The translations under genes were made by a program, and so were the position numbers. Source: a virus (Duplodnaviria > Caudoviricetes). Taken from it: 59,104 bases of DNA. Below the pieces are notes generated by a model. It ran no database searches, was not told where the DNA came from, and saw nothing but the letters and a program-made list of their open reading frames with translations. This document shows positions 8,144 to 23,500 of this stretch, piece by piece (the first letter of the stretch is position 1; each line of letters begins with the position of its first letter). Location of the stretch: IMG/VR virus record IMGVR_UViG_3300017788_000027, positions 1 through 59,104 of that record. One strand, 5' to 3'.

Positions 8144-11100
8144 ATGTCAAGTACCGATAGACAAAACAGATTATTAGTTGCTGAGGACTGGAAAAGAATT
8201 TATCAGAGCTTCAGAAACGCCGATTTTCAAAGCTATGACTTTGAAAACCTACGTAGAGTAATGATCAATTATCTTCGAGAAAACTATCCCGAAGATTTCA
8301 ATGACTACATAGAATCAAGCGAATATCTAGCACTTATAGATATGATAGCGTTCTTAGGTCAAAGCGTGGCATTTCGTGTAGACCTTAATGCCCGTGAAAA
8401 CTTTTTAGAACTAGCAGAGCGCAGGGAAAGCATACTAAGACTGGCAAGACTACTTAGTTATAACGCCAAACGAAATCGTGCAGGCAACGGTCTTTTAAAA
8501 TTTCAAAGTGTCTCTACCACACAAACAGTAATAGACAGTAATGGTAGGAATCTTGCTGGACAAGTAGTAGTATGGAACGATCCTGCCAATAATAATTGGT
8601 ACGATCAATTTATCAAGGTCGTTAATTCTGCTTTGCCTTCAACAAGGCAATTCGGTAATCCTGATGACAAAGCCACAGTCTACGGTATTCCTACAGAACA
8701 ATACAGATTTCAAACGTACAGCACCGGTGTTCCTGTGTTTGGTTTCACAAAAACTGTCGATGGCAGAAATATGAACTTTGAAATAGTCAGCACTGTAATC
8801 CAAGAAGGGCAGGATATAATCGAAGATCCCCCACAGGGCGGCAAGTCTCTTGCATTTTTATATAGAGACGATGGCAGAGGTGCTGCTAGTCCAAGTTCAG
8901 GATTTTTCCTACATTTCCGTCAAGGTAACTTAAACACAGGTACATTTACAGTAACACAGCCTAGTACCAACGAATTAATCGATATCGATGCCAATAACAT
9001 CAACGACACTGACGTATGGTTATACCGATTAAATTCTAATGGTGTTGAAAGTGAACAGTGGGCAAAAGTTCCCAGTTTCGAAGGCAATAATATCATTTAT
9101 AACAGTTTGAAAAAGAACATAAGAAACATATATGGTGTAGTTACTAGGTTAAATGACCGTGTAAGTTTGACTTTTAGTGACGGCACTTTTGGTACACTGC
9201 CTTTAGGAACATTTAGGACTTATTATAGAGTTAGTAACGGTCTGTCATATACAATTAATCCTAAGGATGTTAGAAACGTTAGCATAGATATACCATATAT
9301 TTCTAACTTAGGTCAGGCAGAAGTGCTAACAGTCACAATGTCATTACAGACATCAGTGTCGAATAGTGCTGCATCCGAGTCAAACGACAATATTAAAAAC
9401 AATGCACCTGCGACTTATTACACACAAAATAGAATGATCACAGGTGAGGACTACAATATTAGTCCCCTGTCGGTGAGTCAGGATGTTGTAAAAATCAAAG
9501 CAGTGAATAGAACAAGTAGTGGCATCAGTAGATATTTTGATTTAGTTGATCCCACAGGCAAATACTCTAGTACGAATTTATTTGGTGATGATGGTGTAAT
9601 TTATAAAGAAGAATATCAAGATAGTTTTAGATTTAGTTATTTGACTAGAACAGACATAGAGGCTGTGATCTACAATCAAATATTAGATGTGTTGACAGAA
9701 ACTACTTTAAGAAATTTTTATTATTCTAATTTTAGTAAAATCACTACTGACAGCCTCAACATCGCTTGGTACCAAAGAACCAACGATACTAATCAAAGCA
9801 CAGGTTATGTGGGCGATAACATAGATTCGACACCATACAGGACTGGAACATTTGCTGCTACAGATCTCCAGTATTTTGAACCGGGTGCTTTGATAAAATT
9901 CCTAGCACCTGCTGGCTATTATTTTGACATAAACAACAACAATCAATTGACTGCGGGCGCTGCAACAGTGCCAAATTCTACCGCAGCGATTTGGGCTAAG
10001 GTAGTAAGTATTTCAGGAGATGGCACTGCTGGCGGGTCGGGAGTGTTATCGACAGGACAAGGGCCAGTAGTATTAAACACTGTGGTACCATCAGCAGCAG
10101 TAGTAGGACAGATAATTCCTAGATGGAGAACCACTATTGATACAAATGTTATTTCTAGTATGATAGAATTAATATTTGCGAATAAACCGTTTGGACTCCG
10201 TTATGATATCAACACTAAAAGCTGGAAGATCATATTTGAAGGTAATTTAAATCTAATCGATATTTTTAGTTTAGGTAAACAAGGGGACAACAGCAATCAA
10301 CAACTTGATGCCAGCTGGTTGTTATTGTTTACTACAGACACAGAATTTTATACAGTGACAAGTCGTCGACTGCGCTACATCTTTGAAAGTGATCAGCAGA
10401 TAAGATTCTTTTATGATTCGTCTAACAAAATCTATGATAGTAGAACAAATAGTATAGTCAAAGATAAAATTAAACTATTAAGTGTTAACACTAAACCTGA
10501 TAGTACCGCAGCACTGACCTACGATGTTACCTGGGAAATCAACAAGGAATTTGTTGGGTTAGATGGATATGTGGACACCAAGAAGATAGAACTTGCTTTC
10601 AGTGATTCTGATGATGACAGTATAGTTGACGATCCTGAATTATTTGAAACAATGGTAGCACCGTCAACGAATAGATTGTCTAAGTACGTTGTTTTAGAAA
10701 GGTATGAAGTAGATTCTGGGCAGTTAGATTATAGGTATGTTGACAACAGCGATAACAAGATAGTAATAGTTAGCTCAGAACTCACTGTTGGGGATTTGGC
10801 CCAGTACTCAGATGGACAGTATTTTTATTTTATCGACACAGCAGTCGTAAAAAAATATGATAGGATTAATGGAAGATTTATTACAAGCCTGGATTATAAA
10901 GTATTCCAAGGAAGAAATAAAATCAAATTTCAGTATGTCCACAGTGCTGATTATGAAACACGTATAGATCCTGGACATACCAATATCATGGATTTATTTG
11001 TGTTAACTAGGGAATACGATATCGAATTTAGAAAATGGCTAACAGGTAATTTAGAAACTGAACCTCTGCCATCTAGTTCGGATCAACTAGAACTTTCATT

Positions 11101-11599
11101 GTCTCCGACGCTGAATGCTATTAAAGCCACTAGCGATGAGATCGTGTACCATCCAGTCAAATACAAAGTGTTATTTGGGGGGAAAGCCAGTTTAGATGTC
11201 AGGGCCAGTTTTAAAATAATCAAGAATTTAGAACAGCCTATCAGTGACAATGAAATAAAATCTCGTGTGTTAACTGCAATCAATGAATTTTTTGCTTTAG
11301 AAAATTGGGAGTTCGGTGACAGCTTTTATTTCAGTGAAATGTCGGCATATGTGATGAATAGAACAGCACCATTCCTAGTTAATTTTGTCATAGTACCAAG
11401 ACAAAATAATCTAAGTTTTGGAAGTTTGTTTGAGATAAAGGCTGAAAGTGATCAAATCTTTATCAACGGAGCCACCACTGATGATATCGAAGTAGTTGCA
11501 GGAATAACTGCCAGCACTATTTTAGCTACCGGATCAATAACATCATCAAATAATGTGATTTCTCAACAGAGTGTAACTAGTAAAACAGGGAGTTATTAA
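8144..11599 (+). CDS. gp6: Baseplate wedge subunit gp6-like (1151 aa)
   Basis: YDFENLR...FNDYIESSE...ARENFLELAERRESILRLARLLSY, FSDGTFG and TQNRMITGEDY motifs; follows gp25. Confidence 0.9.
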   Translation: MSSTDRQNRLLVAEDWKRIYQSFRNADFQSYDFENLRRVMINYLRENYPEDFNDYIESSEYLALIDMIAFLGQSVAFRVDLNARENFLELAERRESILRLARLLSYNAKRNRAGNGLLKFQSVSTTQTVIDSNGRNLAGQVVVWNDPANNNWYDQFIKVVNSALPSTRQFGNPDDKATVYGIPTEQYRFQTYSTGVPVFGFTKTVDGRNMNFEIVSTVIQEGQDIIEDPPQGGKSLAFLYRDDGRGAASPSSGFFLHFRQGNLNTGTFTVTQPSTNELIDIDANNINDTDVWLYRLNSNGVESEQWAKVPSFEGNNIIYNSLKKNIRNIYGVVTRLNDRVSLTFSDGTFGTLPLGTFRTYYRVSNGLSYTINPKDVRNVSIDIPYISNLGQAEVLTVTMSLQTSVSNSAASESNDNIKNNAPATYYTQNRMITGEDYNISPLSVSQDVVKIKAVNRTSSGISRYFDLVDPTGKYSSTNLFGDDGVIYKEEYQDSFRFSYLTRTDIEAVIYNQILDVLTETTLRNFYYSNFSKITTDSLNIAWYQRTNDTNQSTGYVGDNIDSTPYRTGTFAATDLQYFEPGALIKFLAPAGYYFDINNNNQLTAGAATVPNSTAAIWAKVVSISGDGTAGGSGVLSTGQGPVVLNTVVPSAAVVGQIIPRWRTTIDTNVISSMIELIFANKPFGLRYDINTKSWKIIFEGNLNLIDIFSLGKQGDNSNQQLDASWLLLFTTDTEFYTVTSRRLRYIFESDQQIRFFYDSSNKIYDSRTNSIVKDKIKLLSVNTKPDSTAALTYDVTWEINKEFVGLDGYVDTKKIELAFSDSDDDSIVDDPELFETMVAPSTNRLSKYVVLERYEVDSGQLDYRYVDNSDNKIVIVSSELTVGDLAQYSDGQYFYFIDTAVVKKYDRINGRFITSLDYKVFQGRNKIKFQYVHSADYETRIDPGHTNIMDLFVLTREYDIEFRKWLTGNLETEPLPSSSDQLELSLSPTLNAIKATSDEIVYHPVKYKVLFGGKASLDVRASFKIIKNLEQPISDNEIKSRVLTAINEFFALENWEFGDSFYFSEMSAYVMNRTAPFLVNFVIVPRQNNLSFGSLFEIKAESDQIFINGATTDDIEVVAGITASTILATGSITSSNNVISQQSVTSKTGSY

Positions 11600-14500
11600 T
11601 GGCTGAAGAGCAAAATGAATATGGCCTTCCCATCGGTAAAGGTGAAAAAAGAAGAGGTGCAAAACTTTTACCTAGGTATTATAGAACAGAGCCTAACAAA
11701 AAATTCATACAAGCCACGATAGATCAATTAACTCAAACGGGCACTGTAAGGCGCCTTAATGGGTATATTGGAAGACAAAATGCCAAAGCAGTCACAGGCA
11801 AAGATGTGTTTTTAGACGCCCCAACCGTTGATAGGAAAGATTATCAATTAGAACCAGCACTAGTAGTTCGTGATGAACTTGACAATGTCACCTTCTTTAA
11901 AGATTATATCGATTATATCAATACTGTTGATGTGTTGGGCGGTATCAACGATAATCATCAAATACTGAACAAGCAAGAACTATACAGCTGGAGACCGCAT
12001 GTTAACTGGGACAAATTAACAAATTTTCAACAATATTATTGGTTGCCTTATGGTCCCTCAACTGTTAAAATTTTTGGCCAGCAACAAAACATAACGAGCA
12101 CATATACCGTTAATATTTCTGATGAAGGTGATAATAGGGCATATGTTTTTACCCCCAACGGATTAAGTAGAAATCCTACACTGAGACTTTACCGGGGGCA
12201 AACATATAGATTTGAAATTGACGCACCCAATGAGCCCTTTAGTATTAAAACACAACGAGTCGCTGGAACGTTGTTTAGATATACTAAAAATGTATCTAGC
12301 AATGCTGTCGAATCTGGTGTAATAGAATTTACTGTACCTGAAGATGCGCCCGATGTATTGTATTATGTCAGCGAAAATAGCGTTGATACTGGAGGCACAT
12401 GGCAAGTTTTTGACATCGAGGAAAATACAACAATTAATGTCGATGAAGAAGTTATTGGTAAAAAAACATACGTTTTGCCTAACGGAGTAGCATTAAGCAA
12501 CGGCATGAAAATTTCTTTCGGTGGCAACGTTGTGCCCGCTATTTATTCTAAGGGAGCATTTTATGTTGAGGGTGTTGGTGACAAAATATATTTGATATCA
12601 GAACTTTCTTTAGAAGTTATTTCTGGGTATTCTGGTAGTTTTGAGGTACTGTTTGATGATTCGGGATTTGACTCATTACCATTCAGCGACGCCACAGCAT
12701 TTGCCTCCCAGAAGGATTATATCACTATTAATAGGGGTAGCGGAGATAGAAACCCGTGGAGTCGATATAACAGATGGTTCCATCAAGATGTGATTATTAA
12801 AAGTGCTGAGCTTGCAGGAGAACAACCGGTATTAGATCAAGACAGGCGAGCGACGCGGCCCATCATTGAGTTTGATGCAAACATCAAACTTTATAATTTT
12901 GGTACACAGACAAAAGTTGACGTAGATCTAGTGGACGTATATACCGCTGATGTATTTTCTACAATAGAAGGTAGCACGGGTTATAATATCGATGGCGTGC
13001 AATTAGCCAATGGACAACGTATCTTATTTTTAGCAGACACTGATACATTGGTTAAAAATAGAATTTTTAGAGTACAATTTTTAAATCTAACACCGCCCGG
13101 CGAAAATATTAAAAGACAAATACATCTTGTAGAAGAAACAGATGCCATGCCGTTGACAAACGAAACTGTGTTAGTTAGATCAGGTAATGATTATCAAGGA
13201 AAAATGTTTTGGTTTGATGGCACTTCATGGAAAGTCACACAGGAAAAAACGTCTATAAATCAAGCACCGTTGTTTGATCTTTTTGACGAAGAAGGTACCA
13301 GTCTCAATGATCCTGTAAAATATCAAGGGTCTACTTTTGCAGGAAACAAAATATTTTCATACAAATCAGGAATTGGCTCAAAAGATCCGATTCTTGGATT
13401 TTCCTTAGCTTATAGAAATATCAATAATGTTGGTGACATAGTTTTTACCTTTGATCTTTTACAAAACAGTTTTTCATATAAGCAATTTGTTGATGTTATC
13501 ACTGAAAAAACTGACGGTAAGTTCTTGAAAATTTATAAAGGACTTGATTACGGCACACACGTCAATGGATGGGTTAAGACATCTCTCGACAACGTTCAGC
13601 CTATAATTAGGATTTATAAAGATACAGATTTAACATCGGTGTTTCCTATTGATGTCTATGATAACATAGATGAATTATCTGATCTGTTAGTTAAGGTGTA
13701 TATTAATGGTAAACGATTAGAAAAAGAAAACTGGAATATAGAAAATGGTGCTATCTATAAAAATGTAGTACTTAATAGACCTGTGACACCTACTGATGTG
13801 GTAACATTAAAGTGCTATGCCAAGCAAAAGAAAAATGCTAATGGATATTATGACCTTCCAGTTAATCTACAAAATAATCCATTGAACAACAATATTAATG
13901 AGTTCACATTAGGGGAAGTCATTGATCATGTGGACAGCATTGTCGATAATTATCCGGCCTTTGCTGGTCAATATCCTGGTGCAAGTAATCTTCGAGATCA
14001 AGGCAATTTATCTACATATGGAATTAAATTTGTTCAACATGCCGGACCTTTAAATTTTGGCGCTTATTTTTTAACATCAAGAAATGCCAACGTGATCAAA
14101 GCCATAGAACAGGCAAGAGAAGAATACGGAAAATTCAAAAGAAATTTCGCCAATGTAGCGAAATCTAAAGGTGACTCTTTGTCCACTAAACAGTTTGTGG
14201 ATGAGATTTTGTTTGAAATTAATAAAGATAATCCAAAAAATTCTCCATATTACTTCAGTGATATGATAGGGTTTGGAGCATCTACTAAGACTGATTATAC
14301 AGTTATAGATTTTAGAATCAAAACATATCCATTGTCTAATGTTTTTTCACTTAATCAATTAACAAATAAAGCAGTTTATGTATATCTTAATGATATTCAA
14401 TTGGTCTATGAAAAGGATTATACATTTAATTCTGCAGGATTTGTCGAATTGACTACTACTGTGGAGTTAGCAGATAATGACGTAATTACGGTTTATGAAT

Positions 14501-17500
14501 ATGAAAGTACTGATGGTTGTTGTATACCACAGACACCTTCAGCTTTAGGATTGTGGCCAAAATTTGAACCAAAAAAATATTTAGATACTACTTTAGTTAC
14601 TCCACAGAATGTTATACAGGGCCATGACGGAAGTATTATCCTAGCATTTAATGATTATCGTGATGATCTCATATTAGAGCTCGAAAAAAGAATCTTTAAT
14701 AATATTAAGATAACATATGATTCTTCAGTGTTAGATTTTTATGATATTCTTCCCGGATATAATAGAAATACTGACTATTCATTAGATGAGTTTAATAGAG
14801 TGCTGGCGCCTAATTTTTATCAGTGGACGCAGTTGATAGACAGAGATTTCACCAAGCCATTGACGTATGCAGCTGAAAATCCATTCACGTATAACTATAG
14901 TAAGAATTCTGCTCCTGATGGAAGAACTCTTCCTGGTTATTGGCGGGGAGTTTATACTTGGTTGTTTGACACTGATAGAATACATATCTGTCCTTGGGAA
15001 AGTTTGGGGTACACCATTGAACCAAAATGGTGGCAAGAAGTATATGGTCCAGCGCCTTACACACGAAACAATCTAATACTTTGGCAAGACCTTAAAGAGG
15101 GCATAGTCAGAGAACCTGGAAAACCTATTATTAGATATCCTAAATTTGCTAGACCTGTTTTAGAAAATATTCCTGTAGATGATGCCGGAAATCTATTAGA
15201 TCCAGTGAATGCAAACATAGCCAAGGGTTATTTTAGAAGTCAGTTATCCGATGATTTTGTATTTGGTGATAACAGCCCAGTCGAAGCAGCCTGGCGTCGA
15301 AGTAGTTTTTATCCGTTTAGTGTTTTGTCATCAATGATATTAATGCAGCCAAATAAACTTATTGGCGCATTTATTGATAGATCCAGGGTTGTTCGTAGTG
15401 ATTCTGGACAATTAGTTTATACACCTACGAATTTAAGATTAAGATTACAGGATCTTGTTGTTCCATCCACCATAGACGATGAAGAACGTAGGATGACTGC
15501 TGGATTAATCAATTATATTGTTGATTATATTTTAAGTGATAATTTACGATCTTTAGAAGAATTTAAAAATGATCTTAAATCTTTAACAAACCAATTAAGT
15601 CATAGACTCGGCGGGTTTACTAGCAAAGAAAAATTTAATTTAATATTAGACAGCAAAAGTCCGATAGCTACAGCAGGGGTATTTGTGCCGCAAGAAAATT
15701 ATAAGATTTTTCTAAACACGTCATCTCCTACTAAAAAATTACTTTACAGTGGTGTTATTATTACTAAGATACTGACAAAGTATGGATCGGGATTTGAAGT
15801 TAAGGGCTATAGTCAAAAAACGCCGTTTTTTTATTTTTATCCTTGGACACAATCTGGTATAACAATCAACGTTGGTGGAATCAGTGAGTCGTTTATTAAT
15901 TGGACCGCAGGACAACAATACGTTGTTGGAAATATAGTTAGATTCAATAATAATTTTTATAGAGTAAAAACAACACATGTTGCTCAAACGAACATAGATC
16001 TGTCATTGTATCAAAAGTTGCCGGCACTGCCTATTGTCGGTGGTAGGGATGCTGTACTTAGAAAAGAGTGGGATAGAACCCCTGTTCTGCTAAACTACGG
16101 ACATACCTTTATTTCTATTCAAGAAGTTGTAGATTTTCTTCAAGGTTACGGGGAATTCCTAAAAGATCAAGGCTTTGTTTTCGATGACTACAACACAAAT
16201 TTAAAATCAATAGCCAGCTGGGAAACTGCGGTCAAAGAATTTTTGTTCTGGACGACACAAAACTGGAGTACCGGTGAAGAAAAATATGTAGACTGGCAAG
16301 CCAACAAATTTTTTAAAGCTGATGAGATAGTAATTTATAATGGTGATTATTATAGATCAAGGAGAGATCATACAGCCACTGATCTGTTTGATGAATCTAT
16401 CTATAAAAAAATTGATAATTTAAATCAAGACGGAGCAAGTGTTATTACAATGAGTCCTAGCGCTTTGGGACTTTCTTTAAAATTAGATTTTAACGTTGTC
16501 GATGATCTTAGGGATGAGTTTAATGATTATGAAATTTTTAAAGCTGACGGGCAAAAATTTGAACAAAACTTTATAAACTACACAAGAGACGATAATGTTT
16601 TTGCCTTTAGTCCAAGAGTCGGAGGCATTGGTATTTACGGTGCTGGATTTTATCTAGTACAAAAAGAACATGTCTTGATCATCGATAATACTACGCAATT
16701 TAATGATACTATCTATGATTTAGAAGCAGGATACCGCCAAGAAAGAATACGTGTTTCTGGATATAAAACCATTGATTGGTACGGAGGATTCGATGTTCCT
16801 GGGTTTGTCTATGACAAAGCTGAAATCAAAGATTGGCAACCTTGGAATGATTACAATCTAGGCGACACTGTAAGATATAAAGAGTTTTATTATAGTGCCA
16901 ACAAATTTTTATCAGGATCACAGGATTTCAATTCTGATGATTGGATACGACTTGATGAAAAACCAGAAGCAAGATTGATACCTAACTGGGATTATAAAGC
17001 AGATCAGTTTACTGATTTTTATGACTTAGAAAGTGATAATTTTGATGCAGATCAACAAAGGATCGCACAGCATCTCATAGGCTATCAAAAGAGACAGTAT
17101 CTAGAAAATATCATAAAGAATGATGTCAGTGAGTTTAAATTTTATCAAGGTATGATACCTGAGAAAGGCACACAAAATGTTTTAAACAAATTGTTTGATG
17201 TGTTAAGCGCCGCTGATCAGGAAAGCATTAATTTTGATGAGGAATGGGCTGTTAGGATAGGGCAGTATGGCGGTGCCGATGCCTTTGAAGAAATCGAATT
17301 TTCTCTAGATGAAGACCTATTTAAAGTTAATCCTCAAGGATTTGAACTAGTTGATACAGTAGACGAAAGCAAAGTTGATTTTATCATTCGCCAGTCTCCT
17401 GGGGATATCTACGTAAAACCAAAAAATTATAACAATAATCCATGGCCAGTTAATGATAATTTTATACCATACCTAAGAACACCGGGGTATGTTAGATACG

Positions 17501-20500
17501 ATCAAGTTTCAATCAATATTGATTCTTTAGAAAACATCTTGGATCAAAATATAGAGGTATTCAGTGAAGGCGACTACGTATGGTGTGCATTTGAAAGCAG
17601 AGACTGGCAGGTTTATAGATTTACGTCAGCAGAATTTTTCGCAAGAGACGTTGAATATGCCGATGGTGTTTTAAAAATACAATGTGACAAGGTGCCAACG
17701 GTTCAAGTAGGTGACTTCATCGGTATAACTAATTCTGAAAAAATTCAAGGATTTCATAAGGTCGATGATGTAGTATTAAATTCTATTTTTATTAGAAAAC
17801 AAATTGCTGGATGGCAATCTCCTTTTCAAGACAGTTCACAGGTCTTGATATACAAATTTTTGCCACAAAGATATTCCAGCGTTGACAGTGAAATCGACTT
17901 GCCTAAAGTATTAAAACCTAAGGAAATTATTTGGACTGATGATGATGGGTCGGATAAAGCAGCAGTTTGGCAAAATGAACCAGTATATACTAGAAAAAAG
18001 TTAACAAATGCATCGCCATCATCGAACGAGTTTTTAGGTAAAGCTATTGCCGTTAACTCTACAGCAGGAACACTGGCAGTTTCTGATACCAATACGATCA
18101 AACTCTATCAAAAATCTACAAGTATAACCGGATGGACTAGACAGCAATCGATAGAGAAGCCTCCAGCATTTGCCTTCGCCAGCAGTTACGGTGACGTGTT
18201 ATCTCTAGCACCAGATGGAAAATGGTTGGCTGTGGGTATGCCAGAAGCATCAAACGTGATGACAAAACTCAGAGGGGTCTATGATAACACCGGAGCAACC
18301 ACTTATAATGTAGGTGATATCGTTAAAGTTGGTAATACTTATTGGAAGGCCAAAAAAACAGTAGTAGGTGATGGTAGTTCTATCAGTTTAAATTCTTTGG
18401 ATTGGGAACCCGCCTATATACTCGAGTTTGACTCTACTGGTTCTAGTGCTGGAGTAATGAAACAAGGAGCAGTTGCTCTTTACATCAGTGACAGTAACAA
18501 TGATTATCAGTATTTGACAACGATAGTTAGCCCAGAACCCGGTCTTAATGAACATTTTGGTGATAAGATCAGAATAGTTAAAATAGGCAGTGATTATAAG
18601 ATGATAATCAGCGCCCCGGGATACCCATCAGGTAACAATCAAGGTCGTGTTTATCTGTTCAAATATGATAGCACTACTTTACAATGGCAGATAGATTATG
18701 ATACACGATATAGAGGATTTTATAATAATACTATACGATATTTTTCAGGAGATATAGTCTTTTTTGATTATAAACTTTATCAAGCAGTATCTGAAACTAT
18801 TGCGCAGTCTCCGACAACTACTGAATTCTGGCAAAGAATTACTGATAAAAAGATCTATGGGTATTTTCCTCAGCCAGTTGTAGACAGTACTGTAATAGAT
18901 GGGAATTTAATTTACTTGCCCCTGCCTGGTGATGATTCTACGGTAATAGATGGCCTAGGAGATTCTACGTCACAGGCATCCGAATTAGTTGAATCTATCA
19001 GATCGGGCGATCAATACGGGTATGATTTTGACGTTAGTGAAGATGGTGTTTATATAGTAGTTTCTGCCCCATCAGCTGATCAACTAGTCTACGATAATTT
19101 CAAGGGAATTTATAGAACAAACTTGACCTATGTTGTTGATGATGTTGTTTTACATTCTGGTGCATACTATAAATGTATAATTGATTTTAACGGGGCCGTC
19201 GCCGGAGCATTCGATGCTAGTAAATGGCAGTTGTTGTCAAGTTCTTTAGAAGCCAACAACGGAAAAGTCTTTGTTTATAAAAAGGACGAGGACAGTTATG
19301 ATCTTATACAGACACTTGGAAAAACAAATGTAGAATTTAGAAATGCTGAGCGTTTCGGTGAAAGTGTAAGTGTTGCTACAGATGGTAGCTGGTTAGCTGT
19401 AGGTAGTTTACTTGCTGATGATACTAAGTCAGATCAAGGATTAGTGAGAACATTTAAACTTGCAGATACGTTTGATTTAGTCCAAATCATCAAGAATAGA
19501 AGTCCAGAAGTTGTAGAAGGCTTCGGTGCTAAAATACAATTTATCAACGATAATAAATCTCTAGCAATATTCAGTGTATTAGGCGATTCATTTGTTAAAA
19601 CGATATTTGACAATGCTAGTACTACATTTGATAGGGCAAGCACCCGTGTTGTAGATTATAACATCGATAGTGGCCGTGTTGATGTCTATGACAGGTTCAG
19701 TCAAAACTTTGTCTATGCAGAATCGTTGTTAGTCGATAATGTATTTGGTGAAAAATACGGATTCGGATTCGCCGGGGCAAAAAATGTTGTAGTAGTATCA
19801 GCACCCAATGAAGGAACTAATCTCGTAAATATTGGTGCAGTTTATACATACGAAAAAAATCCCACAAAAAATAGTTGGTCAAAAATACAAGAAGAATCAG
19901 ATAAGGTCGATTTATCTAAAATTAAAAAAGCGTTCTTGTATAACAAAAAAACAAATGAGTTAATATCTTATTTGGATATCATTGATCCTGTACAAGGTAA
20001 GATATCCGGAGTTGCAGAACAAGAAATCAAGTACAAAACTTATCATGATCCTGCGACATACTCTATAGGCAACGATGCGGTCACTGTTGACGAAGGTATG
20101 GCATGGACGGATAAACAGGTTGGAATGTTATGGTGGGACTTAACTAGGGCTAAATTTCTAGATAGTTATACTGGCGAATTAGTTTATAAGAATTCTACTT
20201 GGAACACATTATATGAGACCGCAAGCATTGACATTTATGAATGGGTAGAATCTAAGATAACACCGTTAGAATGGGACGCCCAGGCTGATACAGAAGCAGG
20301 TTTATCATCTGGAATTAGTGGTAAAAGTCTGTATGGAAATGCTGTTTACAGCGTAAAGAAAAGATACGACACTGTTGCTAAGACTTTTAAAAACACATAT
20401 TATTTCTGGGTCAAAAATAAAACAGTGATCCCTAATGTTAGAGATAGAAGAATATCTGCCAGTGATGTGTCTGCGCTTATCGCAGATCCAAAAGGTCAAG

Positions 20501-23500
20501 GCATAAAATTTGTAGAATTTACTGGTACTAATTCTTTTAGTTTAGTTAATGTTAAGAACTCCTTGATAAACAGTGGGGTTGTGTTAGTTGTGCAGTATTG
20601 GCTGGTTGATCAAGACAATTTAAATGTACACAGTGATTGGAAGATTATCAGTAAAAATATCAATACGACGATTCCTAAAACCATTGAGGATAAATGGATA
20701 GATAGTTTGATCGGTGTAGATGCTAATGATAGATCAGTACCAGATCTTACGTTGCCACCAAAGCAACGTTATGGGGTGCAGTTTAGACCAAGGCAAAGTA
20801 TGTTTGTTAATAGATTAGAAGCTCTTAAACTTTTTGTTGAGAGGATAAATTTAGAACTTGCTAATCTATTAATAGTTGATTCGGCAGATTTGTCTAACTT
20901 CTTTGATAAAGATCTAGAACCATCTACGGTTTCTGGGCATTATGATTATGTTATTGATACTAATCAGGAACTTAGGTTGGTCAACACAGGTGCATATAGA
21001 AAACCAGAGTTGCTCCCAATCGTAGTTGACGGAGCGATTGTTGCTGTTGATGTTGTGAATCCTGGCGCGGGATACAAATATGCACCTCCTGTAGTTATCA
21101 ATGGTGTGGGTAAAGACGCAGTGATTAGAACTACGATTGATGAGATTACTGGCAGCATAGTCAGTGTATCAATCGTTAATAAAGGATATGGATACGACGA
21201 ATTTAATACGTCGTTGACAGTTAGAGACTTGTCTACATTAATAAAAAGTGATGTAGATGCTATTGGTAGATGGAGCATCTATGCATTTGATTTAATAAAG
21301 AATTCTTGGTACAGAACAAACACCCAGGCCTACGATGTTACTAATTTTTGGAATTATAAAGATTGGTACGATGTGGGGTACAATCAATTTGTAAAAATTG
21401 ATTATGTAGTTGACAGCACTTATCAGTTGTATACTTTAGAATCAGAGATAGGCCAGTTAGTCAAAGTCAAAAATGTCGGAAGCTTTGGCTGGGTCTTATT
21501 AGAAAAGTTTGCCAACGTCAAATCTATTGACTATACACAGTCTTATAAAGTTGTTGGTAGACAAAATGGCACTATTCAGATATCTAATAAATTTTATCAG
21601 TTTGTTGCCAACAATCTAGGTTATGATGGCCCACTGTATGATGCAGACACTTTTGATAATTCTGGATCTATAGAATTGAGAACGATTTTAACAGCTCTTA
21701 GAGACAAAATTTTAATAGATGATCTAAGACCTATATATTTAGATTTGTTCTTCTTAGGTCTGAAACATGCATTGTCAGAACAGACATTCGTTGATTGGGC
21801 CTTTAAGACCAGTTTTGTCAAAGCTATGCATAATGTTGGTGAATTAAAACAAAAAGTCACTTATAATAATGATAATCTTAGTGATTTTGAGCAGTATATA
21901 AATGAAGTTAAACCATATAGAACAAAAATAAGAGAGTATGTTAGTTCCTATAACGCCATAGATGAATCTAAGAGTATGGTAACTGATTTTGATCTCCCGC
22001 CCATAACAAAGGGGGACAAAATCGAAACTATTTTCGCTAAGATTCAAGACGGTAAAGTTTTCTGTGAAGATCCAGAAATCAATGAATATCCTTGGAAACA
22101 TTGGTTAGATAACGCAGGATTTTATGTCAGTGAAATTGTTATTATAGATGGTGGTACAGGATATATTAATAGGCCTGTAGTTAACATCATTGGTGATAAC
22201 ACAATTCAAGCTAAAGCTCGTGCGTTTATCGCCAACGGCAAAGTCACTAAGATAGAACTTTTGACCAAAGGTTCCGGATATTTTGAAGCTCCACAGATTG
22301 AAATCACTGGAGGGTTATCTACTACAGGAACTCCCGCTAGAGCTGTTGCTTATATTAAAAATGATCTAGTGAGAAGTAACCTGATTAAAATTAAGTTTGA
22401 TAGAATTACAAAGAATTATTTTATCACCGACCTAAATGCTACAGAAGTGTTTATCGGAACGGGTTCAAGATTGCAATATGCTTTAAAATGGAGTCCTGAT
22501 ACACGAACAGGAAAAACCATAGTTAAAATCAATGACCAAGAAGCATTGCGCGACACATATACTATCAGCAGTAAAAAAACTATTAATCGTGGATATACAT
22601 CATACTCAGGTCTTTTGACCTTTGACTCAGCACCTACCTCAGGTGACGTTATTGAAATTTCGTATGTAAAAGATTTTAATTATCTATCAGCTGCTGATAG
22701 AATAAACTATTACTATGATCCACAGACCGGACAACTGGGCAAGGATCTAGCGCAGCTAATGACAGGAGTAGACTACGGCGGTGTTAATATCATTGGACTT
22801 GATTTCAAAGCCAGTTCTGGTTGGGACGAGTTGCCATGGTACACAGACACATGGGACGCATTTGATCCTACATTTGATGATTATATTGTTACAGTTGCTG
22901 ACAGCAGTTATGAATTTGAGTTGCCTTATACTCCAATAAATGGCCAACAGATCAATGTATATGTTAATGGTGTAAGGATAGATGATCCATACTTTGATGT
23001 TTATGATGGCAGTACAGTACAGCCTAATGGAAGAACTGTAGCCCCTGCAACAGCAAAAATGAAAACACTTGTAGGTAACGGTGTAATTAATACATTTATA
23101 TTGCCTAATTTAGGCAGCAATCCTCCTTTAGATATAAATGCAGGTGACCAAGTTATTTTCCGAAAATCAACAAGTGACGGATCTAAACAGACATCTAATT
23201 TGGATTATGATACACAATTATCTGGTGGCGATATGGCATACACTACAGCAACTGGTTTGGCAGCAGAGGACATAATTGTTGATGGTGACGGGTTTGTTAC
23301 ACCTACAACAAGCTCGGCCCCAGAAGAAGTAGTTCCAGGTCAGGTAGTTGATGCAGTAGCTATTAAAGTTTTGCAAAGAACTGATTCAGCTTCTGCTAAT
23401 ATAAAAGCAAATAATTATATCGGTGACGGCGTTACCAATGTCTTTAACATGGGTCAGGCTCCGAATACTGAACAAGCAGTAGTGGTCAAAGTAGGAAATC